From the NCBI GenBank assembly GCA_002104905.1, contig MCFE01000038.1:124001-188000 (forward strand): a DNA stretch of 64,000 nucleotides. Reading direction: 5' to 3'. The notes below the pieces were generated by a model that saw only the letters and a program-made list of their open reading frames with translations, was not told the origin of the DNA and searched no databases. Origin of the DNA: Basidiobolus meristosporus CBS 931.73 (taxonomy: Eukaryota; Fungi; Basidiobolomycota). Of this stretch, positions 39,571-52,726 are shown in pieces (position 1 is the stretch's first letter; each line of letters begins with the position of its first letter). The position numbers and the translations under genes are program-made.

Positions 39571-41100
39571 ATGCCCGTTCAAATACCTACACCTTGTTTA
39601 AGGCAAATCTTGAGATGGTTGAAGTATGACAAAAACACATGTTCTAGACTTTGCATAGTCAGTAGAGCGTGGTCAGAGGTAGCTACTTTCTATCTTTACC
39701 GCGATCCCTGGGCTTTAATCTTGAGTAGTAGCATGTCGCAAAGCCAGCGCAAAATGAGCATTACAAAGTTGCTTAGAACCTATCTTAGTTGCTTGGACCT
39801 CGATACCTTTGACCCCGAAGAGCTAGACGCTGTTGCTACCATCGATGCGTTGTGTTCACATGTGGGCTATCTAAGTCGTTTCTACCTCTTAGTTCAAGGT
39901 TTTTTCAATCAAATGAATCCGATTTTGGATGATAGAGAGCTTCAACATGCCGTAGAAACCTTTCAATCTGTATATTTCTCAGCATTCAAGCAGCCTATCT
40001 ATAATTATATTGCGTTGGCTCGCAGTTTTGATTTGATCGGCATCCAAGAGTTTCTACGCCTAGCAAAGGCTGACCCATTCCCATTTCTTAGCTTCGAGTA
40101 TACTCTTGAAGAAGTCATGGTTGATCAAAGGCTGACACTGAAGTTATGGAGCGTAGCCAAGAGCGTTTGTGCACAACGTATCACACGCTTGGCTTGGGAT
40201 GCCACAATTCCTGTGAACGACCTATTTGCCGGAGCCCAGAGTTTTCATTCGTTGACACATCTAGAAATACAATGGAAATACGATTCTTCAAATTGTTTCC
40301 TCGACGATCACCTTGATTTCGTGGCTAAGGCGTGCAACAACCTTGCGATACTTCACATTGTTATTGAAAGCAAGCGTAGCATAATCCTTGACAGCGATCT
40401 GGCCAGAGTGATCTGCAGCCAGCGTTCCAGCTCTTTGAGAGAAGTCAAGATCTGCGGACAATGTGATCCTTTGCATGAAACGATAGAATCATTAATTAGG
40501 AAGCACCGTGACAGTCTCTCAACATTCAGGATCCTAAAGAACGATTCGGGTCGGATACCAATTGCTAGAATCTCTTCTTTTCTAAACCTAAGTGTCTTGG
40601 AACTCGTGGATTGTTTCATCAGAGAGCGAGATCTGGAATATATTGCTCAACATGGTGCACCTTTAAGAACAATAATATTGCGTCACTTACGACATATCAC
40701 TTGGTCAAGTATTCGGAAATTAGCCCAGAAAGCTGGCTTAGCCTTGCACGAATTAATCGTCGAGGAAATTGAAGAACACACCATAGACTCGAACACAGTC
40801 CAGGTGATAGCACATCACTGTCAAGATGTTGAACATTTCCAGATCGAGATGATTTGTGTTGATAACAACGATTTAGCTCAGCTTTTACGCAACTGCCATA
40901 AACTGAGGTTTTTGTCATTTGGAGAGTTGTCGAGAAATACGCCAACTGATGGAGATCAACTAGTCCAATTGATTATTGACAACTGTCCTCTACTTAGGTA
41001 TCTCTATGCACCGGAAATGGTTACTACTGAGTCAGCTTTGCAAACTCTGCTGCAGCACCGACAATTAGAGAAGATATCTCTCCCAACTGTTCTTATCTAG
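39571..41100 (+). CDS. F-box-like / RNI-like leucine-rich-repeat protein (single exon)
   Basis: N-terminal IPTPCLRQILRWL...CSRLCIVSRAW F-box-like pattern and C-terminal LxxLxL repeats (LSVLELVDC, LRTIILRH, LRFLSFG, LRYLYA). First ATG at 39571. Confidence 0.78.
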   Translation: MPVQIPTPCLRQILRWLKYDKNTCSRLCIVSRAWSEVATFYLYRDPWALILSSSMSQSQRKMSITKLLRTYLSCLDLDTFDPEELDAVATIDALCSHVGYLSRFYLLVQGFFNQMNPILDDRELQHAVETFQSVYFSAFKQPIYNYIALARSFDLIGIQEFLRLAKADPFPFLSFEYTLEEVMVDQRLTLKLWSVAKSVCAQRITRLAWDATIPVNDLFAGAQSFHSLTHLEIQWKYDSSNCFLDDHLDFVAKACNNLAILHIVIESKRSIILDSDLARVICSQRSSSLREVKICGQCDPLHETIESLIRKHRDSLSTFRILKNDSGRIPIARISSFLNLSVLELVDCFIRERDLEYIAQHGAPLRTIILRHLRHITWSSIRKLAQKAGLALHELIVEEIEEHTIDSNTVQVIAHHCQDVEHFQIEMICVDNNDLAQLLRNCHKLRFLSFGELSRNTPTDGDQLVQLIIDNCPLLRYLYAPEMVTTESALQTLLQHRQLEKISLPTVLI

Positions 41101-41310
41101 CAATTTATTATGTATATTGAGAGTTGTGTGATAGTAATTTAAAAACATGTACGATTAAACATTGTTAGCATCCCAGCTGCACCTGTAAGTGATGGTTCCG
41201 ATTGAAAAGCTTGTCCAGGATCACTGACAAGTAAACACTGTGTCAGTATACCCATTATGAGGGGGCTGCATAGAATTTTCCTAATGTCTTGTCGATACTC
41301 ATCGTAAATC

Positions 41311-44300
41311 CTATTTCTTCTGAATAATTGCTATCGGGGCAGTTGTTGGTCTGAAAGTATCATGTTACTAAATTGTAAATCCACAAGTAACTGAATCTAA
41401 GACCTTCCATGGGCGCACTGGAATGGGTTGGCACAATAACCTAACGACCTTATCAATCGTTGACACTCCAATTCATTTAGAGCATCGTTGAACATGATGG
41501 CGCCTAAAGAAAAAGGTTGAGCTGAGTAAATCATATGAATTGTCAGTGCAATAATACACTACTGCGACAAGCTTGTGAATTCAAAATTTCAATAAACCCT
41601 TGAGGACAGCCGGTCAAATTCTGCGCCCATGCTTTGCTCAATGAAAATGGTTGTAATCGGACCGCCCAACGATTTTCCTCTAGCCAGTGGATATGCTGTT
41701 TGATCATATTCCGAGTGGTGGTAAAATCGTTGAGACATCTATTAGCAATACATTTGGGTAGTTCTGATACAAAGATTGCACGTGTATTTTCCGTTTGAGG
41801 TTGAATCTTATCGTGTTCATCGACAGGCTTCCATTTAATTCCCCAACGGTGAAAATTCTCTTGAGCTTCTTGCAGGCCGTCGTACTCTTTGGGAGTAAGG
41901 CCAATTTCGATATGAAATGGTAATATTTCCGTCTCAACGATTAACTCGGTCTGACTTATTTTCGTAAATACTTTCTGAAAGAGGCGTTCAAGCTTTATAC
42001 GCTCATCAGCAGCGTGCTGATCAACCAGAAGCAGAAGTTCAGATTGATCAAAACGAATAATTTTACAGAATACGAATTTTCTATAAACTTGAAACATCGC
42101 TTTCATCTTTTGAAAATCTTCGATTTTTAGCTCTATATCACTCTGAGTATTCACTGCTGATGGAATCGGTAATGGAGAATGATGGTGATCTTTAGTCCGG
42201 TACGAGGTCAACGCAGTCTGGTCTGCTGATTGCCCTTGATATTGTGAAACTGAATCTCAACACCGTTATTACTATGCTACTTCTGTAATAGAGACATATT
42301 GCACCTACCACATAATAATTTGTCAAAATAGATTGAAAATATCCCATTTAGTACTTTCAGAAATGGCTTCATAAAACGATATTTTCTATGTAGCATACCT
42401 ACACTTGTGGGATTCATCCGTATTAGCAATCAGTGTCATATAGAGTACTACGAGACAAAAATAAATACGAAATGTCATGCTTTAAATCCGATGGTTTGGT
42501 TGGATATGGCATTTGGTAAATCTCTTGCGGCGCCTGAGTACTACAGCATAAATACTCATGAACATATTTTTGACAGTTGAGGCTTACATATTGCACATCT
42601 TGTCGAGGTATAAGCTTGTATTCAGCCTTCTGAAAAAAACGTGACTGGAATATAGCATTCTACAAATACGTCGTCTAGTATTAGAACGCCTAGTATCAGA
42701 ACAGATCTAACAAATACTTGTCCATCTACATCAGATTCCTTTGTCGATTTGCTTCTAGAGAGACCGTACTCCTTCAAGAAATTGGTAACGAGTTCTGTGA
42801 ACAGCGATCGGATCTCATCCCAATCCTTGTTTGTCATGAATATCATTATCTGCAGCTTTTGTAGATATTAAATATGTGCCTACCTCAAACTCAACTATAG
42901 ACTTCGTGGGGTCAAGGCAGATATCGTATTCACTTGGTGAACAATGTAATTGAAGGGCATACACTGGATACTTTGGAATACATCAGCATCTATTGATTGT
43001 CCTTTTGTTGGGAACATCACGTCTTGCGAAAATATTACCTGACTTCCAAAGTTGCTTGATGCAAAAAGTGAATTAATTGTAGAATGGAGTGAGTTGGCCA
43101 GAATTACTCTTTTGTTCAAGACTTCAAAGGGGCTTTCAGTGGAGATTCTCAATGATATTAGAAAAACCTCTAATCCTACATATATGTTGATGTTTCTGAT
43201 AGTAGTAACATTAATAATAGTCACGATTCTAGTTGCAAGTATTATTACCTGATTTGGATGTCCACAAAGAGATATGAAGCCTTTGATTGCCTTCTCATTT
43301 TTACTCCATTCGACGCGTTGCAACTTTTTGACAAAACGTAACCATCAATCACTACAAGAGAGGCTAAAGTATGCATAGCTTACCTTTGTTCTAATGTTGC
43401 CATAGAATCGTCGTAAACCGACGGCCATTGATCGCTAGGGTAGTTAGCACTAATTACGCCAAAGTTTGTTGAAATACAGACCTTTTCAAGGGTGAGTATC
43501 CTCTGCTGCATACTGTCTCTTACGATAACACTGATCTGTGGGAAAGGAAGAAACAATATTTCTATTGCTCTCTTGATATCATGGATTTTGTGCCTCTTTG
43601 CTTGATAGAATTTCCGACGGACAGGATACTATATGTAAGATTTGTAAGACATCAAGGGCTCAATAGTGATGTGCGTATATGCACAACATTTTGGAATATG
43701 TCACAGAGTGCTGTTGTGGTTCCTACACCGTGTCTTCCAGAGCTTTTGCTAATTCCGGTATATTTAATCGTACCATTCTATCAACGAAGTCGTTAAATAC
43801 ACTGCCGAATCTATAAAATAGAACATACCTTGATTATGCAAGAATATGAATCAAAATAATCCTTATGTAAACTAGATATCTCTATTGTTGCAAATTCGCT
43901 TATACTTGCTAATGCTAATCTGGATATTACTTCGTTATACCAGACATAAAAATGCACTGATGATTTACCTTCGCCCCGAAACCCGAAGGTAGTAATTGCC
44001 TTCAAGTCCTCCAACGATTTACATTTCGATGTAGCTGTTGAGGATTTGTAAATACTCAATTCATCATTTTTCTCTAGATAGCCCTACCATATCTTTGCCC
44101 TAATTTCTTCATATCATCCGGCTGTATGCCAGCCCCGTTATCCTCTACTCGAATATAAAACCTCTCTAAGTCAAGAGTGATTTGTATCTGGTTGGCGTTG
44201 GCATCTAAACCTTGTAAATTTGTATTAGTGTATGCGTAAAACGAAACTTCGTGATAGTGGTACTGTTTTGTAATAGCTCAAGAAGGCATTGCTCAACTGA

Positions 44301-44360
44301 GTTAATGTTGAGGTTTGCACGAAGTTGATGGACCACTTGTTGATCTAATTTACTTATCAT
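41311..44360 (-). CDS. MLH3: MutL-family mismatch repair / meiotic endonuclease MLH3, multi-exon
   Basis: GHKL motifs ELLQNS|LDA, EDNGAG and TFGFRGE. C-terminal DQHAADERIKLE, ACRS, IMFND and CAHGR|PT endonuclease motifs. Middle exons were only partly traced. Confidence 0.88.
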
Positions 44361-45101
44361 AATGGTAAGAGTAAAAACGTGTTGAAAAAGGCTTATATAT
44401 ACCTTTTTTCTTTCATTATATGCTAATAATTGTGATAAAACCTATATCAGAACATGGCACTTCCTTTTTAACTCGCCTAATCACTGATATGTCGCAAAAC
44501 AGCAAGACCAGTAAAGCTGAAGATTCCTTTGGCATAAAGGGATGTTGGATTTAATCTATTAAATAACCTCCAATTAGCTAGTGAGAGTATGATAACCTTC
44601 ATGAAATCAACATACAGATTCTCGGGCGTATCCTAAATTCCCATCACAATGCTATGGTACACTATGATTTAAGCTATAATTGCCTAATAATCTTTGCTTT
44701 GTTGCTAATCAACATGTGTACATACACGAAAGTATTTTTGAAAACCTATAATCGCAAGTCGAGGTATTTTTAAAGGAGGAATTGAATCCGAAGAAAGTTT
44801 AATTAATTACAGGACATGGTGTCAATATTTAATCAAGGTCAAAACTGGATTCATCAGCGGAAGGGCAGTGTAGAGTCAACTAGTTACAAAATATGGTCGC
44901 AATCCAAGTGAATTAAATAACAGTTAGGGGTGGGTCGCTGAACCACTTTAATACTGCAATAACATGAGATACGCTTGTATATCCACAGCAAATCAGGTCT
45001 GATTATGGGGAGATGCTAGGATGATATGTAGACTAAAAAATTACAAATTTTAGAAGTAAAAACTCAATGCGATGATGGCAACTGCAAAAAATAGCTGGTA
45101 C

Positions 45102-46303
45102 TTAATTTTGGCTGACTGATGGCTTTCGACTTCTGAATAGAGAAGTTAGAGCACTTTTAACAGTCTCGCTTTTGCTGCTGGCTGACATGCGCCGGACCAA
45201 ACCACTCCCGCGTGGTGATAATTGACTGGGTGACGTGGGTGTAGATGACAGTGGCATTACTTGATCATCTTCCTCAGGTGAATCCAGAGGATAAGTCTCA
45301 TTGGCGTGATCTACTCTGGTCGTATTGATGACTAGTGGTTGTGTTGAGCTCCCAATTCCAATATCACACAAATCCACATCCGATGAATGTGAGCTATTTC
45401 CATTGCTCTCGTTGGAAGGCAGGTGTTCAGCAGAAGCCATATGAATGAATTCATCGGCCTTAAAAGTCTTGGACAGTGCCATCTCTTGTTCGCATGATGT
45501 GGGAAGTGGGAACGGATCGTCAACGGTAACATCCGCATCTAGGTCGGCGAAGTGGCGGCACAATGGACATAAAAAGCCAGGTTTGGTAGCAACCATGAAG
45601 CGGACACATTTAAAATGGAAAGCGTGGGAACATGGAGCGACAAATAACGCTTGAAGTTGTGAAAGCGGATATAGACAAATACAGCATTCTTCTTTTCTGC
45701 AATTATCGCCTGATTCGCAGTCTACTGTTAGTGACTTTAGGGTTTTTAAGGCGTTCTCCCTATGATCAACGTAATTAATTCGCGTGAAGGTATTTCGTGA
45801 TATTCGACAACGCCTACCTGTATTGCTCGGACATTTTCATTTTTCCATGGTGGTTAAACTCAAACTTCATTCGAACACACCGATACACTTCCTCATATCC
45901 ACCTTGGTAGTCAACACCCAACTGAACGATATCACCATCCTTCAGAAGATAAGGCTTACTCTCGCAACCAGGCGGGCTAAGACGGAGGTTGTTTAAAAAT
46001 GTTCCGGAGGAGGACTTGATATCTCGAATAAAATACTGGGATTTGAAGAATTAATATTGCTGTTTGGGAAAGCGAAGCTTAACTTCATACCTGCCCATTC
46101 GTAGACCACAGCTCTGCATGACATCTGCTTACTACCTTACTCTTAAACGCGATTCTTAGCGGAGAATGCGCTTTCTCGGTAAAACGGCCAATCTTCAGTA
46201 TAGTTCCTTCGGGCACATCGGTCTCAATGATCGGGAAATATAGTGATTTGTTTAGATCCACTATATGTGGGACTATACGGATGTGCGGAATTTGACCTGA
46301 CAT
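45102..46303 (-). CDS. DMA1: FHA-RING E3 ubiquitin ligase, Dma1/Dma2-like, 3 exons
   Basis: FHA: KIGRFTE, FKSKVVSRCHAE, DIKSSSGTFLN, DGDIVQLGVDYQGG. RING-H2: CCICL...APCSHAFHFKCV...CPLCRHFADLDADV. Confidence 0.88.
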
Positions 46304-48761
46304 AGCTAGGAAAGCAGATTTACGTTCTTGTGTTTTGTTTTATATTCAGCACACGGGGGTGTAGGTGTAGGTGTAGAGTTGATATAAAAGGAATTTATTG
46401 TTAGATACGAGCTTAAAAGGACAGAGTGCTTGCGGTAAATAGGAAATAGGTGATTGGAGAAATCAGCTGAAAAGGACAAAATTTTGGACCAAGTGAAACT
46501 TGTCGTGACCCATGTATTTATATCGGATGCAACACTGGTTTGAAATCTTTTACGTGAGTGTTCCCGAAACGGGTTTTATATGCCACTTCAATACTCTTTT
46601 GGTAGAATACACGAAGTGTCACATGAATTCCAAATAAGATACAATCCTAGCATATAAATGATATCAATTTTTGAAGTTCAGTTATATTTGCGCGGTACAA
46701 ATCTCTTTATTTATATAGGGAATGAATAAGAAGGATCTATATAGTTGGTACAGGTTCGAGATGGATCCAACAAGTTGAGTGTAGAACCTTCGAATAGGTA
46801 CCTTGATTTAACTAACAATGCTATCAATAGACGGCGGTGGCTTGGAAGTTGCTTGTGTGCAATTCAAGACGCTGGCAAGGCTGTTGATCCTGTCGGTTGT
46901 AGCTTAATGTAATCGTTGAAGGCTTGTATTGATCTGTATTTAGATTTAATACTAGCGCAGCAGTGCATCTGTCATCACAAACATAGGAATAAAATAAGGG
47001 GCATTTGTACTATTTATATTCGATATTAATCTAGTAAATTTTCGCAAGTTCGTTTTATTTTCATTTCCCAGGTTACAAAATCGCCGGTTTACGCGGAATT
47101 TGGAACCAGGGTGAGGCAAATTCCTATGCTGGAGCTATACACCATATGTGCTAGAAGAAAGGTGCAACTGTTAATCTGCTCCATCAATATCTGACTAGTT
47201 TGAATTTGGGAAATTACGGAAGTACACAGGTACTTGGATTGCCACAGAGTTGCGCATGGTTGCATCCGTTTTGGCCCTTGATGACTTCCGAAAATACACT
47301 ATCAAATAACCATGAGGCTACCTAAAACCAGACCAATGGGCAATTTACGTTATTTTTTGCCATGTAGAATAAAGCGATATCGAAATTTCTGACTTTTGCC
47401 AATCGAGAACACACTGAGTAGGCCGCTACGGCCACGAAAACATTGACAACTCTTTGGAAGCACTCAGCCCACACCATCAGTAGACCTGCAACGCTATTCT
47501 CCAGGTATTGCTTTATCCCGTAGGATATATAGGCCAAAATGGCAATCAGGCTAAACGTGATACGAAATTTCCGTCTCTAGCTATCCATTCCATGTAGACT
47601 TCTAACACTGAATCAGACTTCTGTTTTCCCATTCCATTGAATGAATAATTTCATTTTGTTTTCCATTTGGTATCAGAGGTTGAGGATCGTTTCTAATTGG
47701 GCCATTGGTCTGAATACTCTAGAATATCGATTCGCCTTGCAAACTCAGCCTCATTTCGTCCTGTAACGTATCAGGGGCCATCACATGACGCAGAGCTGCT
47801 TATCATGAGTATGAGGAGTGCTACACTGGTGGGTGGTAACGGAAATTGTGCAACATATGCATCAACCTAAATAAATGTGATTATTCCCGGCGCAACCAGC
47901 TCGTTAATCGATGTTGCATATCTTTACATCAAATATTTAGCCATCATCCAAATCCGCTTAAATACAAGTATCTTTTGTGCAAGAAGCGAAGATACCGGGC
48001 TCCAACTCCGCCCACTATCACTTGAAAAAGCGCATACATATAGCGCAAAGAGTTCCGTGTATGGTAGCAATACATAAAAGTAGATGTATCTAGGTGCTTT
48101 AGCATTATATCATGCTCAAAGCACTCGATGCATGAATGTTGATTATCTTAATTAGAATTGATAACTCCAATTCTGGAGGCTTTAATTTGACATCACTATT
48201 AGAAATTCGGGGAAGCCTAGGTACATGACATAATGTCCTATTTGCATCTATTATTCCAAATCAGATGTGTAATAGTGAGCGATGATTCTTGCATCAATAT
48301 CCTTCACACAACTATTGATAAAATCCATTAGCGTAGAGCCATGGATGATCAACAATGTCAGAAAATTTACTTGTTGATAAAAACATACATTGCGGCTAGG
48401 TACCATTCACAAACCGGTGTAAGTGACGAGCTGGCTAATCCTTCATACATCCCATACCTCTGCCATCGTTATCCATTGGTTATGCTCATTTAAACCCATC
48501 TTGCCAAATCAAGGTATCGGCATATGCGCTTCCTGATCCCTTTGTAGTAGTAATGGCCATACAAAAATGACAGTAACACATGTACCCGGGTAGTTAATAT
48601 GAATGCTTGTTTCCATAGAACAGTGGACGATCCTATATTACTAATGTTAGGACTCAATTTATGCTACATACGTAAGCAAACGTGTAATGTGATAAATATT
48701 TTATTCTGACTGGCTGGGCTGTAGATTTTTAAAAAACATCTTTACAGAAGCCTACCCACAA

Positions 48762-49727
48762 ATGGCCTCCAGAAGTGACAACCCTTACGAAACCGACGTC
48801 CAAGTCAGTCAATATTGTGACTTTCACTATGGTCCTCCAACCCCTATACGAGAGGTTGAACCCTTTCCTGTTGTAATTGCTCGTATCTGTGAGGCAGTCA
48901 TTCGACGCAGCGATTTTTGGGATAAACAAAGCAATACTTCCAAGGTTGGTCCTTTACGCGCTTTTGACTTGGGATGTGCTGTTGGTCGCTCAACCTTAGA
49001 GCTTGCCAAGACATTTGATCAAGTTGTGGGTGCTGACTACTCGTATAGATTTGTTGAGACTGGGTCAGAGATTGCCAAGAGTGGCAAGGTGAACTTTTCT
49101 GCTCTTGTTGAAGGCTCTATTTTTACCCAACATGAGGTAACCCTCGGTGATAAGCAAGTTCCTCTGACAGGTGAGGATGGCCAAACCCTCACTAAAAGTA
49201 TATTTGGCAGCATACCGTCTACAGAACCAATGGGCCCGGAGGACATTAAAAAGCTGACTGACCGAGTGTCTTTCATGCAACAAGACGCTTGCAAGTTGAC
49301 CACTGAAAAGGAGCTCTATGGTTTTCACTGTGTATTGGCAGCTAACCTTATCGACCGACTGTATGAACCTCAGTTATTTTTGAATTCCATTCAGGAGCGG
49401 ATAGTGCCAGGTGGCTATTTGGTATTGCTTTCTCCTTACACATGGCTTCCTGAATACACACCTGTTGAACATTGGGTTGGCGGGAAAACCGTAAATGGAC
49501 AAGCTGTTATGACCAAGAACGGCTTGAAAGATATCCTTTCACAGTATTTTGAGCTTGTGGAGCTAAGCCCAGTGGACTCTTCGTTTGAAGACTTGAATAC
49601 CTCTACATGCCTTGAGTCGAGGGAAACGAACACGATCACTTCTTTCCATGTTCCGTTTGTTATCCGTGAAACTCATCGTAAATATCAGCATAGTTTCTCA
49701 GAATGCACCATTTGGCGTAAGAAATAA
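48762..49727 (+). CDS. Stand-alone SAM-dependent methyltransferase resembling the C-terminal domain of OvoA (ovothiol mercaptohistidine N-methyltransferase); intronless
   Basis: YET...VSQYCDFHYG, AFDLGCAVGR.T.ELA, D.SYRFV, QQDAC.L, AANLIDRL..P..FL, LSPYTW, W.GG and VPFVIRET.RKYQH match my recollection of the OvoA C-terminal domain. Confidence 0.8.
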   Translation: MASRSDNPYETDVQVSQYCDFHYGPPTPIREVEPFPVVIARICEAVIRRSDFWDKQSNTSKVGPLRAFDLGCAVGRSTLELAKTFDQVVGADYSYRFVETGSEIAKSGKVNFSALVEGSIFTQHEVTLGDKQVPLTGEDGQTLTKSIFGSIPSTEPMGPEDIKKLTDRVSFMQQDACKLTTEKELYGFHCVLAANLIDRLYEPQLFLNSIQERIVPGGYLVLLSPYTWLPEYTPVEHWVGGKTVNGQAVMTKNGLKDILSQYFELVELSPVDSSFEDLNTSTCLESRETNTITSFHVPFVIRETHRKYQHSFSECTIWRKK

Positions 49728-50499
49728 TACTCCCTTGCGGTATTCATTTGATCGTTTCACGCTCAACCTTAGAGGATAATAAGTATTCAATTTACCTCTC
49801 AAATTAAAACTATCAAATAGGCACTTGGCCATTCATTATTTTCATTTTGAAATTTTAATGCCTGAAGGAAATCACGAATACCCTAATCAAATGAGAATAA
49901 CACTTCTATCATGCATTCTACCTATTGGATATCTATACTCCACAAAGAAATTGAATCCTGCTCTTCAAGCATTGAAGTTGTGTAGTTGCCCTGGGAGAGC
50001 GCCTTCGATAAAACTGAGAATTGGCTGAGGGTGACGCAACAATTCACTGATATGCTGCCCAATCGGAGGCACTAGATTACTTCTGGGGTCGATTAATTGG
50101 TAGCAAGATTCATTTCATAACGATCATCGGACTGAGATTAGTCTATGCTCACAATGGCAGTCAGCAAATGACAGGAGGGAAAGGTTCCAGCTGATTTGGA
50201 ATAGGGCAACAATTTAAAGGGCCTTATTTTCCCGCGAATCTCATGAGCTACTGGTGATGTGGGAATTGTTTGTTGCACTGGACTTGTGATGCATCGAAGT
50301 GCTGATGGTGCATTCTCCATACGATGTAGATACTGCCGCTTTCAAGATCCATGACCTGTGCTACTTGCCACAATATTCATGTTGCTGTGAGTAAACACAG
50401 ATATAGTAGATATTTCCCTCTCATTTGAGGTAGATTGTTGGTTCAGAAGTAGTACTACGGAGAAAAGCCTAGAAGGCACATCCGTACCGGTATGCACTG

Positions 50500-51900
50500 A
50501 AATCCAGCTAATGACATGTTGATTCTGAGTCCTGCTAATGAGGTACTAGACGATACCTTGATCATCAGCGAAGCACTGAAGTGGCGACCTTCGACGACAG
50601 GGATTTCGGGTAGCCTCTACCTCGGGGGTTCAATTCGAAAATCATTAAGGGGTTTGATGCAACTTCCTAGTCCTCCAGAATCAGCTAGAGAAGGTCAATT
50701 CCCACTGTGTGGTACATCGATCATGGCACATCCGCTTTGTATTTGCTCCAACCTACTTTATGAATATATTGATCGATCCAATAGTATGTCAATCAGACCA
50801 ATTCCATGCCAATTTTGTGAGCATTTTTGATTTGTTGGGAGTTGTTTCCAATTCAAACATCCTACTGGAATTGTTGTCGAGGCTACTCAAACCATCAGAT
50901 AATAAGTCCGTGTCATACAACTCGAATAAAATCGCAGCTCAGCAATTCATTCTGAAAAATCGTACTATTCTTGGCTGACAGTATGCACCAAAGGTGTTTG
51001 TCCAAGTCATTGCCGCCATAAAAGGTGTTGAGGTGAGTTGAACGTTGGATCATAGTAATTAACATCCCAATGCTACCTCTAATACAGGTCAGCCAGTGGT
51101 ATGTCATCCTCAAGCTAATCTACACTCCAGGTGTCTCCAGTGATTCGAGTAAATATGGTGACTGACCATGTGGTCAAGTCAAACCCTGGCTTGGATATTC
51201 AGGCTACATCGGATGCCTCATAACACTGCGGTGTCACTAGCATGTTGCTGTGAAGAATACCGGAGTATACGGTGGCGAGCAGAAGATCCAGAGAGGAGCC
51301 TGCCTGGTTAGAAAATGGAGTGGTTGTTGACTGTTCAACAATGTCTGATATGCCTCAAAGCACCATGCCATAATGAGCTCATGGTCAGTTAATCGTATCC
51401 GGTATGGGTGACGGCTGGATGGATCCCTCTGATCCATATAGCGGTCGTTCTGGCCAGCTTGGATCCTGGTGCTTTTCCCATCAAGAGTGGCGGGCAAACC
51501 AAGATTCATGTATGGCTTGGAAACTATCGGATTCTGTGAACGCATAATTTACTACAGCCACATAGACCAGATCCAAGTTGCGATGTAGATACCATAACAA
51601 ATGATCCGAAGTGCATGTCTACACTTCACTTACAAGGTGACCATAGAGACTTTAGATCAGAAGCTATGATTTGATCAGGCATCAATTCTGATTTATCATT
51701 TCATATATGCGCCAATTTCTATTTGGCCGGTATCAGCTGTAGTGCAATCCTACTTGAGGAGGATATGGGAATAGGATCCCCCAAATAATTCATAAAGCGC
51801 TTTACCAAGGATTTATACATTACTGGCCTTTGGGCGTAAATTCTCCAATCACAAGCAATCAAATTTGGCTAAACATCCATCCAGGCTTTGATAGGTTGGG
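50500..51900 (-). pseudogene. Decayed coding-like sequence (pseudogene or old transposon remnant)
   Basis: One minus frame gives long protein-like stretches (FTESDSFQAIHESWFARH*WEKHQDPSWPERPLYG...LDLLLATVYSGILHS) broken by many stops. Family not recognised; boundaries approximate. Confidence 0.25.
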
Positions 51901-52726
51901 GCTCCCAATCGGACGGTAATGGTAGAGAGGACTGGTGATTTGTTTATTTTACTGATAGTAAGTGTGTCATGTTAGTGCTCAAAGATCTATGGTGACTAAA
52001 ACCAAGCTGGTCGATGACTCCCAGCTATATTGCCTTTTTTGTACCTGTTCCTTTTAGGTTCATCAAGTAGATGGTCACAAAGCGTTTACGTATATCTCCT
52101 CGATCCCAACCTATGCTCTTCGTCCTGTTTGCCGCCTGGCTATGGCCCGGAATGCAACAGCAGGCAGTAATAGCTTCCTACCGAGGAGTCCGGGCGTTGG
52201 CGACTTGCGCTTTGGTGCCGACCTCAGTAAGCGAAGAACAGCAACATCTCATTTGATGTGGAGCGTTCAGACTCGACCTTCCCATTCAATAGTCACTGCC
52301 TTTGCCATTCCACCCGTACTACTGGCCTAATGATTTGCTGAGAAAAGCAATTCAATTTTTTAATTTTTAATATGTATCAATGGGGTTTCATACCATGATT
52401 GGTTTAGCAGTACGAAGAAAAACAGTAATGGGTGATGTATCCAAAGGTTCAACTGACAAATCGTGTCCATCTACTCTGTTTAGACACCGATCATTGGCCT
52501 GGTAATCAAAGGAACGAAGATCTGCTTGACAAACATTTCTTAGTTTAAATACGAGGGCAGATTATGTACAATCCCTTTGAATAATTCCTTGCCTTCTTAT
52601 CTTTCATTTACTTCGCCACCATGTCTGTGAATGTAGAGGCTGTAGGCTCTTTAGTACGTCCGATCTCCCTAGTAGTCGGCTGGCTTGTTTCTAACACTTT
52701 CATTCCCTTGGATATAGGAAGCGTCT

